64,000 nucleotides of DNA, from NCBI GenBank assembly GCA_010909165.1, contig MU008190.1, positions 531,166-595,165 of the forward strand, in the 5' to 3' direction. Shown here piece after piece: positions 25,560-37,768 of this stretch; positions within the stretch are counted from its first letter, which is position 1; every line of letters starts with the position of its first letter. Under the pieces are notes generated by a model. That model saw nothing but the letters and a program-made list of their open reading frames with translations. It was not told the origin of the DNA and searched no databases. A program made the position numbers and the translations under genes. The stretch comes from Anthoceros angustus (lineage: Eukaryota > Plantae > Anthocerotophyta).

Positions 25560-28500
25560 ACAGCGTGCATGGGCACACACGCTATTCTACCAAGGTAATT
25601 GTCAAACAATTCAACCACTTGTTTATGCATGGACTTCCGCGGACCTACAACCCCTCGACTACATGAATCCATCATCACATCTCCGCATCAAAGGACGCGA
25701 TGTACCGAAATGGCAAAATCCACCTATTTCGAATGGTCACCCTCTCTTGCACATCATCGCCGGAATCACACACTAAGATGCATGAAAAGCGCTCGATCCG
25801 TATGGTTGTTCTCCTCGATCAGATATCAACAATCCGCAAATAATGACCTGATTGCCGCTAGTTTGCCTACAACGCTACCAAAGCTGATCTTAATCACTGC
25901 TCGACTCAAGAGTCGCTCCACAAGACGCCTACACACGCCGGAAGATCTTCCGCCACGAGCCTTTTAATTGCGCTTTGTCCGTGTTTCCTCCAGGTATATG
26001 GCTTTTGCAGGTCGCTATGATGTCCATCCCATCTCTACACACATGCTACCCATCATGCCATCACATTCCCATCACATGCATGCAGTCATGGTCCATGCAT
26101 CACCTCCCCTCACATACTCATACTGAACACCCACACACACCCCTTGCCACACATTGCCCCTGACCATCTCTATCACTTACATGCCATGACAGCCAGTGAA
26201 AGGCCACACAACAAGACAGCGTGCATGGGCACACACGCTACCCTACCAAGGTAATTGTCAAACAATTCAACCACTTGTTTGCGGACTTCCGTGACTCACA
26301 ACCCTGACTACATGAACTATCATCACATCCGCACCGTGACACCGCGAATGGCCCCCGCCAAAGTTTCTGGCCGCATAGGAACAAACCGTTCATTTTTTAA
26401 GCACCACTTTGGGACACTATATGTCAGAGAATCGCTTGGCTTGCGAAACCTCCTCCGTGAACATGCCATCCCCGAGTCAGTGGTTCGATGGTCTGCCGTG
26501 TCTGGCCCGTCCTCCCTGTACAACAAAGCTGCCACACGCCTTCGATCTCTTCCGGTCCAAATACTCATCCACTTGCGCTGGCCCAATCGCAGCACGCCTT
26601 TGCTCGATGTCGTCGCTACGAGCTCCTCTTTCATCACTATCGAGTTCGGGCCTTCACCTTGGTAATGGACCGCTCAAACCATTTCACATAATATTGTTTT
26701 CGGATGGCTAATCGAGCCTCGGTGCAAAATCTCCTCCACATTGTCATTGGGGAAAGCGATACCAAGATTCCAAAGTGGCCTCATCCCATTCCAACACTCC
26801 TGTGCGCAGACAAGAAAACACCCTGTAAAAGGCTCGTGGATAACCAATGGCAAAACGACCCGCTTTTTCTCTATGCAAATGACTGAGCCACACTTTCAAA
26901 CTCTGCAAATCAGCTGGTTTCTCCTTGTGTTTGTACACCAGAAACCCTTCTCTAGGCCAATGATCAAACACCTGATGCATAAACAAGTGATGCTCCAACT
27001 TCCGGAAGGCCCCTTCACAATAACTAGTTCACATGAAGCTTTGTCTGTTCATGCCCCTACCTGCCAACTGAAAAAGGTCTCGATGATCATAAGGAAAATT
27101 TTCAATGTTGCAGGTTTCATGATGCGATTCTACATACAGCAAAAATGCTTGTAACCTGTGAATGTCTTAGGCCGCTCGGGCTCGTCACAGTTGATATCTC
27201 CTCACCAAAGGTCTTCCATTTGTCCTCCCAAGGTCCGGTCCCGAAAACCGTGGAACACTAGTGTTCATCCCCGCGAAACATGATTTGCAGCATGGTCCGC
27301 TTCCATATCCATGTTAGCAATCTTGTGTTAGGGTCGACTTAACCCACTTCTTTGATACTCACACAAGAATTATCGATTGTGATTGTCGAACCACCAAGCG
27401 AATTCCACCGACTCTCTAGAGATGACCGGTAACGCCAATTGACTTCAAGGCGCAGTGTCAAGCGCTCACATCCAACGTGATCCTACCGATCTCTACCATC
27501 ATGGAGACGATTTCTTAGTCTCAATTTCGCTCAACCCACACATCATCCATTTGTGAGTGAGTTGCACTGCCCCAGACATGACACGCCTCATTCCACTCCT
27601 CGACTCTGCCTAGATGCCTCGGGCACCGCCGACCACTTTGGGAATTGTGCTTCACATCCCCGCCTCACGGAATCTTCGTCACCATCCGCGTCTTGTGATC
27701 GCTTAGGGTCTTCAATTGCAACCTATGCACCGCAAAGAACCATGATTAACACTTCAATGCGTTTAAGCTCCAGGCGCTTCCACGCTGTCGTCTCTCTTCT
27801 CGCAACCACAAAATCGCCAACCAACCTAATTAGCCGCCATGCTTTGTTTACCACCCACACACGGGTTGTGGCCGTGTCCGGCCCCTCCTCTCACATACAC
27901 TATGATGACTCACTGTAACTTATTCGCTTGCCTCCATGCACCACCACCTGATGGGTGATACAATCAACACCAAATACCTCAATTTCTCCATCAAATTGGT
28001 CAATCCTCTCGCTCCTGCAGTTCTTGGGTTCCTCGGCTCACCATCGCACTCCACTGCCTGCGGGCTCACTTATCAGACGCCCGTGGCGCGATTTCACGAC
28101 CGACGGCCAAATGCGCCAAGACAATCCCGCAAGGTCGCTGTAGCAAGGGGTCCGCTCCCAAGAGAACGATAGTCTGCTTGGCACGCCACCGATTTTAAAT
28201 TCCCACGCCGCTGACTGCTCTGGACCCTTGGACGCACGCCCCCAAGGCCTACAGGCTTTTTAACACTAACCACTCTTAACGCCATCGAACAGCTCTTGCA
28301 GGTAGGAGAAACGCTTAAGGACTCGCTTGCGCCCTGCATTCTGATCGGGCCCGTTCTTCTGCTCTGCTCGTCAGTCCGCTCTTCTCACCTCCTCAATACA
28401 CTCACTGCTGCTTGGGAAGAGTGGTGGGCCATGGAGCCTCCCGGACCTCCTCCGCATTGCCTGCCAGTTTCCTGGCCTCCGTCTTCAAGTTTCACGCCTC

Positions 28501-30036
28501 CCGGAGTTCTCCGTAATAGGAGGAACCGCCTAAGGTTGAGTGTAATTGTCCCTCCCTGTATACCCATTTGAGCTAGCGTGAACGCCCGTGAGCTAAGCGG
28601 CACCAACGGCCAGACGGGACCGAACGCTGAGCCGTATGAACTTGCTCCACCGACCTTGGTTGAGCTTCCAACGACACCAAGCCAAAACACATATGCTCTT
28701 CTCTCGCCCAAGGAATGATCCCATTCCATTCACCTTGCCCGCTGTGAGGCCGGACTTCGCCTGTGCTCGCAAGCCGCCCATCAAGACATCGCCTGGTGTT
28801 CCAAAGTCGGGTGAACCTCGCATAGTCTTGAAGTATGAGCGCTTGAGGGTCGAGCTGACTGTGACTTTGGGCCAAGCTCCAAAGCAGAGTATTCATGCAT
28901 GACTGAGGAGCTCCTATATGCCCCCCTACGGCGAATCAAACTACGATGCATACTGTGGGAGACTCGTTGTTGGGAAAACTCCTTCCATCTTTGGCTAGGA
29001 AGTGGAGAGGCTAGGCCCGCCATCATATGTCGCATCTTCTCGCCCATCATCCCATTTGATTGGGCTAGGGAAGAGAGGAGCTCCACCAATCCATTGGACG
29101 AGGTGGGGAGAGGGGCGATCAAGACCCGCCAGATGCTCATGTCAAGTCCCCACACAAGGCAACCAAATCGGCAGTGAGAGTAATAGCATCAAGCTCCGTG
29201 ATGGTAAAAGCGGTTTGACCCATCGCTACCTCTCCACCAAGGTGGAAAAGTCAAACCGCACCACCTCGGTCATGAGCAACAAAGAGGAGGAGCATGTCCA
29301 GCCTCTTTGAATGGTGATAGCGATACATGATGCGAGGGGTCGAGATAGGCAGCAGGGACCGGTTAGAAGGTCGCGCACCCGCCGACTCAAACCACACGAA
29401 AGTCTATGTCGGATCCCGAGTGGACCGAGAATTGTGAAAGGCGGGTGAGCAGGAAGAAGGTGCGTAAGGCTCGAGCGAGGATGGGGATGGGAGAAATGGT
29501 GAGGTACCTGAGGAGCAAGAATTCTCATGGAGCCCGCCCATGAAATAATAAGAAGGAGCTGCGGCCGATGTCAGGACCGTGAATGGCGAGGGTAGTTCGT
29601 GTGCCGATTGTCTCCATTATTATGATACAGCCCCATGTGAAATGCAAGGAGAGAGGTCCCTACTTGGCGACGAGCAAGGGTCCCCGATCGGCCCACCCCC
29701 GCACACACCACCACACGCTAGGTTGTCACTGTGACCTTGACCGGGCCTCCTCCGGAGTCGCTGCCCCTGCCTCAGCTCCAGAGACTCAGACTCACGCTAG
29801 CAAAAGACGCAGGCAAGGTTCTACAAGGAAACGCTGCATCCACCCCAAGAGAAAGATGTTTACCAGAGCAGCCCCGCCTTCTTATACCACGCCCAAGGTC
29901 AAGGCGCCTTTATTACACCCTATTTTGAGTCCGGTAGCCAAATTTTTAGTGTACCCTAATCACCCACCTACTATCTCCCTTCCGCCTATCTCCGCTAGGG
30001 CGGGGCCTGGAGTGCCCTCTGGCTTTCGCCTTGGCG
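25560..30036 (-). mobile_element. Degraded L1-like LINE remnant (ORF1 plus endonuclease/RT traces)
   Basis: Degenerate motifs in the expected order on the minus strand: GDFN-like (GNLKSV, ~28200), NWRPISL-like (~27430), GFR-like (~27245), FADD-like (IAFPND, ~26750). The 5' part is colinear with 62100-62400. Heavily frameshifted. Confidence 0.45.
25561..26345. repeat. ~140-bp imperfect direct repeat (25561-~25700 and ~26217-26345)
   Basis: cagcgtgcatgggcacacacgcta..ctaccaaggtaattgtcaaacaattcaaccacttgttt occurs twice; possibly duplicated LINE 3' ends. Confidence 0.75.
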
Positions 30037-30369
30037 CAATCACTAATATGAAAGGGGAATTCGGGCCGACCACCATGCTCCTATGTTTGCGAAACTAAGA
30101 TACACATGATACGGGTTATGTATCTGTGTGAAGAATTTCCGGACATATGATCCATGTCTATCGTGAGTATTCTTGAGGTTAAGAAAATATGGAAAAGTTT
30201 TAATTAGCAAAATATTATTTAATATTTTAATATTATTTTCAGAGCACCTCAACTATGTATGAAGAGAGGATGGGATACGCCTATGTTAAGATTGAGGATG
30301 ATTGTTCAAGACTTAGAATAGAATATTGGACTAGTTTTTAAGGTTATCTCAAGTAGACCAATTTAGGCT

Positions 30370-33300
30370 AGGATGAACTATTGGAGGCTTAGACAATGTG
30401 TCCAATATACCTAAACATTTCATATGTTTCTGTGCGATTCAATGCCTAGTGACTTTGTTAATAAAAATGCGTTATCTAAAGTTTGAACATAACTAATATC
30501 TATAGTTTTATCCTCTATTTTCTCTACGATATAATGATATTCGACAATATGTTTAGTTCTAGAGTGGAAGGCAGGGTTCCTTGACAAGGCTATAGCTCAC
30601 GACTATCACTCAACAACAAGGTGGGCTTTTCCGATGAAGTTCACTCAAGGTTAGCCTAGTCCATACTATGTCTTTAGCAACCGAGGTTAGTACTCTATAC
30701 TCGACTCGGTCTTGGACAAGGCTATGGTTGGTTGTTTCTTACTTGACCAGATATTGGTGCTCCCCAATAGCAGACGTCGATCACGGATCTGCGTGTGGTC
30801 ACCGAGTCGGCGTCGGTATTAATGTCAACGTCTTTATGCACGGTGTATACTTGAATGTCAATCCACGTGTGCATGGTACCCTTGAGGTATCGAATATGCG
30901 CTTAGTTGACATCCGGTGTTCACGCGTGGTTCTCCGAGAATTGTGAGCAGGCGACTTGAAAGATATATCGGTCGAGTGAAGTTGGATAAATATATAAGTG
31001 TGTAACAGACATGTCGATATGGGAATGACATTTCCAACTTATCTTGTCTTGTCTTTGGACTCATATCCATGGTAAGCTGACCGCTAGCAAAGGTGTAGGC
31101 GTTTCGCATCTTCAAGTCCAAACTTGGTTAAACTTTCTTTAATGTACTTGGTTTGAACAATACTCGAGTCTTGTTTGCTCGATCTCTAATAATGTTGACA
31201 CCAAGTGCATATGTCATTTCTCCTAAATCGGACATTTCATAAAAGTCTTGAGCCGACTTTTGATCTCGGCTAGGAGGTAAGAGAGTTTGTGGCCATGAAT
31301 ACGTCGTCGACGTGAGCAATAAGTAAAGGTATCATTGCACGATATTAGGATATACATGCATGCATCGGCATCACTTTGCGGAAGCCTCTTTGATGAGTTT
31401 CACATGTATGTCCATATTCCAATTTTACCGGTTGAGCCATACAAGCCTTTAATTAGTCACATACCCAATCTTCCTTGCCTTTAACTCATAACCTTGGGCT
31501 GTTTCATGTAGATTTCTTCTTGAAGACGACCATGAGATATCTTGTCTTCACATCCATCATATGGAGCTCAAGATCATGATGGGTTGTTTTAAGATTATTC
31601 TAAGGGAAGCAAACTTTGCTCTGGGCGAATGTGGCCCATGGGAGGTAATCTAAACCCGGTATGGGTGAATCCCACAGCCACAAGGCGTGCTTTGTATCTC
31701 TCAATGGAACCATCTCCTTTTCTCTTAATTTTGAATACCCATTTGCTGGTGACTATCTTCCTACCCTTAGGTGGCTTAACCAATTCCATGTAGAGTTACT
31801 AATGAGAGAGTTATATTCGAATCTCTGACTACCTTCCATAAGGCTTTTCGAGAAGAGAAAGCTTGTTTTAAGGTAAGAGGTTCTTGGATCTATGGTTGCC
31901 TTGTACACTTGTGAGTAAAGTGATACAGAATAGGATCATCAAAACAGCTAGATATCCTAAAGGAGGTTCCTTCCATCCCTTGGATTGCGGGACGGGTTCT
32001 TAAGTTGTACCTTTGTGTAGGTTCGGTGCATCTTCCAAGCGAACATCAATAGGATCATGGTGCTCCATGTCATTCAGGAGGGTCATCATGCTCTTCATAA
32101 AAGTGTCACTGGCTCCTCGACTTGAATGTTGTCGCCATCGTGGTGTTTCATGTGGAATAGATGCTAACTCCTCCTCCTCCTGCAAGAGGTTCAACCACGG
32201 GAACACGTAGGCGAGGCGGAAATTGAGTGATATAATCGGTATCATCAAATGAGGAGGTATCTCGAGGGCTCTTGACGTCCTCGGGGCGGATGTGGCTCCC
32301 TCTGGGGAAAGAGGTAAGACTCATGAAAAGTAACACTCGCATATATAAGCTTCCGTGTGGTGGGTTCAAATAACTTGTAACCTTTGATGCCTTCGGTGTA
32401 GCCAATAAATAGATATTTGGCAGCTTTTGGATCTAACTTCTTGCGTTGTACTTTAGGGATAAAGACATATGCAAGAGATCCAAAAATTTGAAGGTGATCT
32501 ATGGAAGGCTTGTTGCCAGTGAATGCTTCATATGGAGTCATACCTTGAACTGAGGAAGTCGGCAGGCGATTCATGAGATAGGTTGCTGTAAGGAGGGCCT
32601 CGCCCAATAAGCTTTGGATAAGTTAGCTTGTGTTAGCAGCAACTGTAATCTCTTAGGCGGAGATTCTTATCGCCATTTCTTTGAGGAGTGTATACTACAC
32701 TTAATTGTTGAGCTACGCCTTCTCGACAAATTCAGCAAATCTATGAGATGTAAACTCTCCACCGTTGTCGGAACGTAAGGTCTTGAGTTTGTGATCGTAA
32801 GCCTTTACGCCCATGCCATGTAATCCTTGAAAAGCGATAAGTTTCACTCTTTGGGTGAGGATGTAGGGCGAGGCAGAATAGTCGGTAAAGTTAAGAAGTA
32901 TCTACTACCACCTAAGGAGGGTGTAGAGAGGGGTCCACAAATGTCTGTGTACTATCTCTAAAGGTGACTTGGCCCTTTGAGGAGATGGATTTTGAAAGGT
33001 TCTGGTGACGTTTGTGAGGACACGGGTTTACCAATCTAAGTTGTGAACCTTGGAGAGGCAGGTGTTCTATAGAGGTTGTCTCTAGACATTTGGAGTAACT
33101 TCTGACTATTAGGATGACCTAATCTACAATGCCAGAGCATCGTGTGTGTTGGTTGTGCAGAATGTTGGGAGGCTACATTGACGGAATGTGTGGCTCCGAC
33201 TGTAATTGACAATCTATAGAGTCCATCTTCTAAGATGCCAGTGCAGATATTGTGTGTTTTATTCTTAAGGTAGGAAAGAGAACAGCTATCGGCATATAAA

Positions 33301-33394
33301 AGGACCTGCATGTTGTGTTCTTTGCAAAGACTAGCGGCAGACACTAGGTTTTTGCACATGGCAGGAACATGGAGGACTTGGTGAAGATGAAGAG
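30370..33394 (-). pseudogene. pol: Copia A pol (IN-RT-RH), frameshifted, interrupted at 33394 by the Gypsy insertion
   Basis: ORF fragments 33036.., 32245..32607, 31595..31789, 31128..31319, 30858..31121. Confidence 0.9.
33390..33394 (+). repeat. Left target-site duplication AAGAG of the Gypsy element
   Basis: Identical AAGAG at 59494-59498. Removing the element restores Copia sequence homologous to ~54672-54697. Confidence 0.92.
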
Positions 33395-33599
33395 TGTGGA
33401 ACGCAAAAGTTTGGGCAACTAGCTTAAATGAGTTCGTTTTGAAACAGGCCCACACTCTTTTGCTAGAAATGGTTTGGTGAAGACATGCAAGGAAATTTTT
33501 TGCTCCTTTTTGAGCGGGAGTTGTAGGACCATGTCGGGAAGGCAGAGAGGATATGGGGAAAAAGCGGGTCAAAACGACCTCGGTGAGGAGAAAAGGTAA

Positions 33600-33845
33600 C
33601 CTACATGAGTGGTAGGAGGTGTCCTACCACCGTAGGAGAAACTCCTACCATGGTGAGAGGGTAGGAGAGATCCTACCACCGTGGGAGGATGACCTGCTAG
33701 TGTTTTGATCACCTACCGGTGTAGGAATAGCTCCTACCATGGTAGGAGAGGGTAGGAAGGTATCCCACCGTGGGAGAAACTCCTACCGTGGTAGGAGAAA
33801 GGGAAAACGCCTACCATGGTAGGAGGATGTCCTACCACGGTGGGA
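33600..33845. repeat. Array of ~10 CCTACC(AT/AC/GT)GGTAGG palindromes in U3
   Basis: Perfect CCTACCATGGTAGG plus variants spaced ~20-30 bp apart. Confidence 0.88.
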
Positions 33846-34045
33846 TAGGTTTCTAAGGAAGTAGCTTATGTTTTAGGCAGGATAGGCTTGCTATATATAG
33901 AGTCTTTTAGTGGACTAGATAAATAGGCCAAAATAGGTAATTAAGAAATTAGAGGCTAATTTTCAGTAATTAGAAATTAGAAAAATAGGGAAATTGGTAT
34001 TTTAGTATAAGGAATTAGGAAACTAACATCAATGGTGGGAAAGGG

Positions 34046-34116
34046 GCCACGTGGCACACATCCAAGGGCAGGATAGAATGGTAGTTACTTTTCTAACCCT
34101 TGGGTGACTTATAAAA
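34046..34116 (+). promoter_or_regulatory. Putative promoter of the U3 ORF: G-box GCCACGTGGC (34046-34055) and TATAAAA (34110-34116)
   Basis: Both motifs are present in all four LTR copies, follow an AT-rich tract and lie ~540 bp before the ORF ATG. Confidence 0.55.
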
Positions 34117-34652
34117 GTGGTGCAGTGCTGCAGGAGGCCACAACTCGAAACTTGAAGGAGGCGGCCGCAGAAGGCGCCGCCACACCTCAAGCTGCCCAAG
34201 GCCCCCATACAGCACGCACGCCCCCTGTTGAGGAGGAGAAGGGCGCAAGCTCAGCAAGGAGGAAATCCAGCGCCCAAGAGAGGAAGAAGGAGGAAAAGAG
34301 AAGAAGAGAAGGGAGAAGAAGGTTGGGGCGCAACCCAACACTTGCCAAGCTCGTGAGGGTGCCTAGGAGGGTGGAGCGTGGCAAGATTGCTAGGAAACCG
34401 TGCGGGAAGGGCTCCTAAATTGCGTGGGTGTAAGAGTCCGTGGGGAATTTTGTTGAGCTTTCTCTTGCAGAAATCGGGGTTTGGGACGCCAAGGTGTAAG
34501 GCTGAGGAAGGAGAGCAAGGGCAAGGACCTTTGAGCTGTGAGCAAGAGCAAATCGAGGAGGAGGAGCGTTTGCAAGGATAAGAAGTCGGGGCTGGAATTG
34601 CGGAGAGGCATCACTTTTCTTCAATTTCGTGCAAGTACTAACCAAGGAGGCC

Positions 34653-37504
34653 ATGACCAAGCCTACCATGACCAAGGGCAAGGAGGTAGTAGCCAAGGAG
34701 CGTCCACCAAGGAGGTGGCGCAGCGGCAAGAGGTCTAAGGCGGAGGATCGACCGAGGGTGGAAATTTGACATGCCCTTATTTACGTGCTATGCAGGCCAG
34801 CTATCCTCTAGAGACCTTTCAGACTTTCGACCTTGGGCAGCAGAGAGAATATTCAGCTAGAGTGGGTGTATGGGCGACATTGGTCTTACACCAACCTTGA
34901 ATTGATAGAGAGTGTTTTGCTAATTTGCAGCAGACGGAAGAGGAATTGGCCGCCTTACCGGATAGAAACGCAGACGGATCCACGGTGTTGGACAAGGAGC
35001 ATACGCCCGTATATGGCAGCCGGATAGCGAGGATAGCGGAATCACGTTGATGGAAGGAACGAGCGAGGCAAGCGTGCATCAACGGCGGATCTTCCCAAGG
35101 GAGCCCTTACACTTATGCAAGGGGCATGAAGGCTAAGTCCAAGAACGGTTGGCGACGGACCAAATCTTGGAGCCCAAGTGGAGATTGTTCACAAGAATTG
35201 TTTTGGGCTTGGTGAGCAATCCAAGGGTGTCATATTTCAGCACTACCTTCCTCCATTTTCTATGGAAGATCACTCAAGGAGCGAAGCCGGATTGGGGCTC
35301 ATCATGTATGAAGCATACACCTACCACCGGAAAAGTTCGAAACCCAACGTCGGATGAAGATGGTCAATGCTATCTTAGCACTTATCTAGTGCATTTGTGG
35401 GAAGTAGAGGGCTACTCACAAGTAAGGAGTTGGATGATTCCAAGCATCCCTTTAACATTGTGTACTTACGGCCGGAGAGGGACAGGAGTGCTTGGTGCTT
35501 TGCGCTAAAGGAGGTGCCGCAGCACCACAGGACATTATTGGAAGGAATCCTCCGAAAGATAGGCCGAGGATGTGCAGGAGGACTTGCAAGGAGAAGTTGT
35601 AGGGGATTTGAAGTTTGGACCGCGGAGATGCGGAGATGGAAGGTAGGATAGATCCTACCATGGCGTGAATCCCGCCACGAGTGGTGGGAGGTGTTCCCAG
35701 TGGTTTGGGACCCCTTCGTCCTCTCATGACAAGGCCTACGGTGGGAATTAGTCCTACCACGGTAGGAAGTAGTCCTACTGGTAGGAGCACCTCCTACCAC
35801 GGTAGGAGGAAAGGAAGTCACGGTTTGGAAGCTCCCAAGAGGAGATAAGAAGGCAACCGGCCCGTTAGGTGGGCGAGCGGATGGAGTCACGGTGGGAGGA
35901 GTTGCCCCACCAAGTGATGAGCGGGAGCTCATCATAGGGAAGCAAGGGATGTAAGATCCCATGAGCAAGGCAAAGGCCTTGAGTCTCCGGAGGTAAGAAA
36001 GGAGACTTGGACATGTTGGAGGAGATGCTGCGCATAGGGGAGATGTTCAAGGTAGATGTAGGAGCCGCCAAGAGGAGAGTTGAATTCTTGAAGACGGAGG
36101 CGAGAAGACAAGGACCTACCAAGCAAGGGAAATTGCGGGTAGGCGAGCGGAAACCCAGCGGCAGGAGGATGTTATGAGGATGGAAGCTCAAGTGGAGCAC
36201 TTGGAAAAGAGTCTTGAAACAAGGCTACAGGAGGCAAACAATCATATTCGGAGAACAAGGCTCTTACCAAGCAATTGGCAGCTCGAGAGGAGAAGGTGGA
36301 GCAACTTGCTCACATGGTGCGCACATGGGAAAAGAAGGCAGAAGACAAGCAAGTGCTGCTAATGGAGGAGAGGTCAAGACGAGAGCAATCTCTGCAGCAA
36401 ATGAGGACAGCACAAAGGCAAGTAGGCGCACATGAGCGGGTCATAGCCACACAGGCTGTGAAGATTAGTGACATGGAAAAGGAGCTGGGAGAAATCCGCC
36501 GGAGGCTGGAATTGAAGGAAGAAGAGCTGGAAGAACGGACACATTTTGTCCAAAGATTGGAAATGGAACGAGAAGTCCAGAAGAGTGCACAACTCCCTAG
36601 GAGGATAGGGGAGTTGGAGGAAGAAATGGCAAAGGAGAAAGGCCGTCATGAGGCGGTGGTGCAGCATATGTTGGCGGTGAGGGAGCGATTTTGATTATGC
36701 CCTACAAGAGATTGATCCGCCAAGCAGAATGAGAGGACGGAGAATGTGGCTCTCCATGTCAAGACCGGTGAGCTGGCCTTGGAGCGAGATGCTTACAAAA
36801 GCAAGTGTGAGCATGGAGTATGGCTTGAGGATTACAAGAATTGGAGATGGCACAACAACGATTTGCAGCCCATCTTCACAACAAGGTGCTCAAGGCCACT
36901 AACGAGTTGTTGCGACTTGAGGAGATGATGGGACCTCATGACGATGATAGGGGAGGCCCTCATGCAAGTCCAACCGGAAGCCTTAGACTTGGAGAGTGTC
37001 CCAAGCAACAGGGTGGAGAAACTTCGCACTGGAGAAGCAAGTGAAGAGGCTGTGGAGAAGCGAGTGAAGCGGGAAGCTGCAGTGGAGAGAATCACCCGTG
37101 AAGGGGTAAGGAAGAAGAAACGACCCGGTAGGAACTCCTACCGTGGTAGGAGGAGTTCCTACCGTGGTAGAGGGACTCCTACCGTGGTAGAAGGTCCTAC
37201 CATGGTAGGAGGAAGAAGCGGATTCAAGGTCGCTAGCATGGATTTGACGGCAAGGGAGGCGAGTACCTTGGCCCTTGCAGAAAGAAGGAAGAGGGGTTGA
37301 TCTTGCAGAATGGAGCAAGAATCACAAGGAGAAGACCAACCTCCTAACATGGGTGCAGCAAGGAGCTCACTTGCTCCACAAGTGAGAGGAAGAGGAGAAG
37401 CGAGGATGAGCCGGTGGCTAAGAGAGCCGGCTATTTTATTGGAGGAAGGAACTCAAGATAGGCATCAAGATAAGGAAGGGATTCATAAGAAGTCCTTAAA
37501 TTAG
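34653..37504 (+). CDS. LTR-encoded (U3) protein of unknown function, ~950 aa if frameshifts are errors: globular N-domain, PTxVG repeats, long coiled coil
   Basis: Reading frame pieced together from four LTR copies whose indels often differ: MTKPTM..., QLEWVYGRHWSYTNLELIEECF, KWRLFTRIVLGLVSNPRVSYFSTTFLHFLWKITQGAKPDWG, CYLSTYLVHLW, and an E/K/R-rich heptad region at ~36170-36950. Whether it is one ORF is inferred. Confidence 0.65.
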
Positions 37505-37761
37505 CTTGAAGACATGGGGCAAGATGCCACTTGGGAAGACTTTTCTTTAGAGGAGGAGCATTAATGCTTGTCACCAGAGAGTGTGTTGACTAGCTAGATA
37601 GGAATGTTGACAGAGCCATTAAGGCTCACATAGGTGAATTTGCTAGAATAGAATTTTACCCAAGATGCTTGGATGTCGAACTTAAATTCGACAATAGGAT
37701 ACACTAAAATAAGGAGTAAGGCGGTGCAGGGCGCGCCAGGGAGGCTGTGTGAGGACCTCCC

Positions 37762-37768
37762 TATAAAA
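37762..37768 (+). promoter_or_regulatory. Putative canonical LTR TATA box (genomic RNA promoter)
   Basis: CCCTATAAAAGG ~860 bp before the LTR end, conserved in all copies. Confidence 0.6.

Larger units (their letters stand above)
30037..33394 (-). mobile_element. Ty1/Copia element A, 3' part (GAG-pre-integrase, IN, RT, RH, partial 3' region)
   Basis: LWHCRLGHPNS, ATYLMNRLPTS, RKKLDPKA, KWVFKIKRKGDGSIERYKARLVA and MSDLGEMTYALG motifs; IN precedes RT (Copia order). Confidence 0.93.

Noticed and set aside
33600-33845. CRISPR-like array (palindromic repeats with variable spacers)
   Set aside because: Repeats are 14 bp, spacers are only ~6-15 bp, there are no cas genes, and the context is a eukaryotic LTR.
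36170-36950. Host SMC/myosin/kinesin-like gene
   Set aside because: Only generic coiled-coil composition, no motor or ATPase motifs, and it is repeated in every LTR.
34653-37504. env-like gene
   Set aside because: No signal peptide or convincing C-terminal transmembrane segment visible, and it lies in U3 rather than between pol and the PPT.
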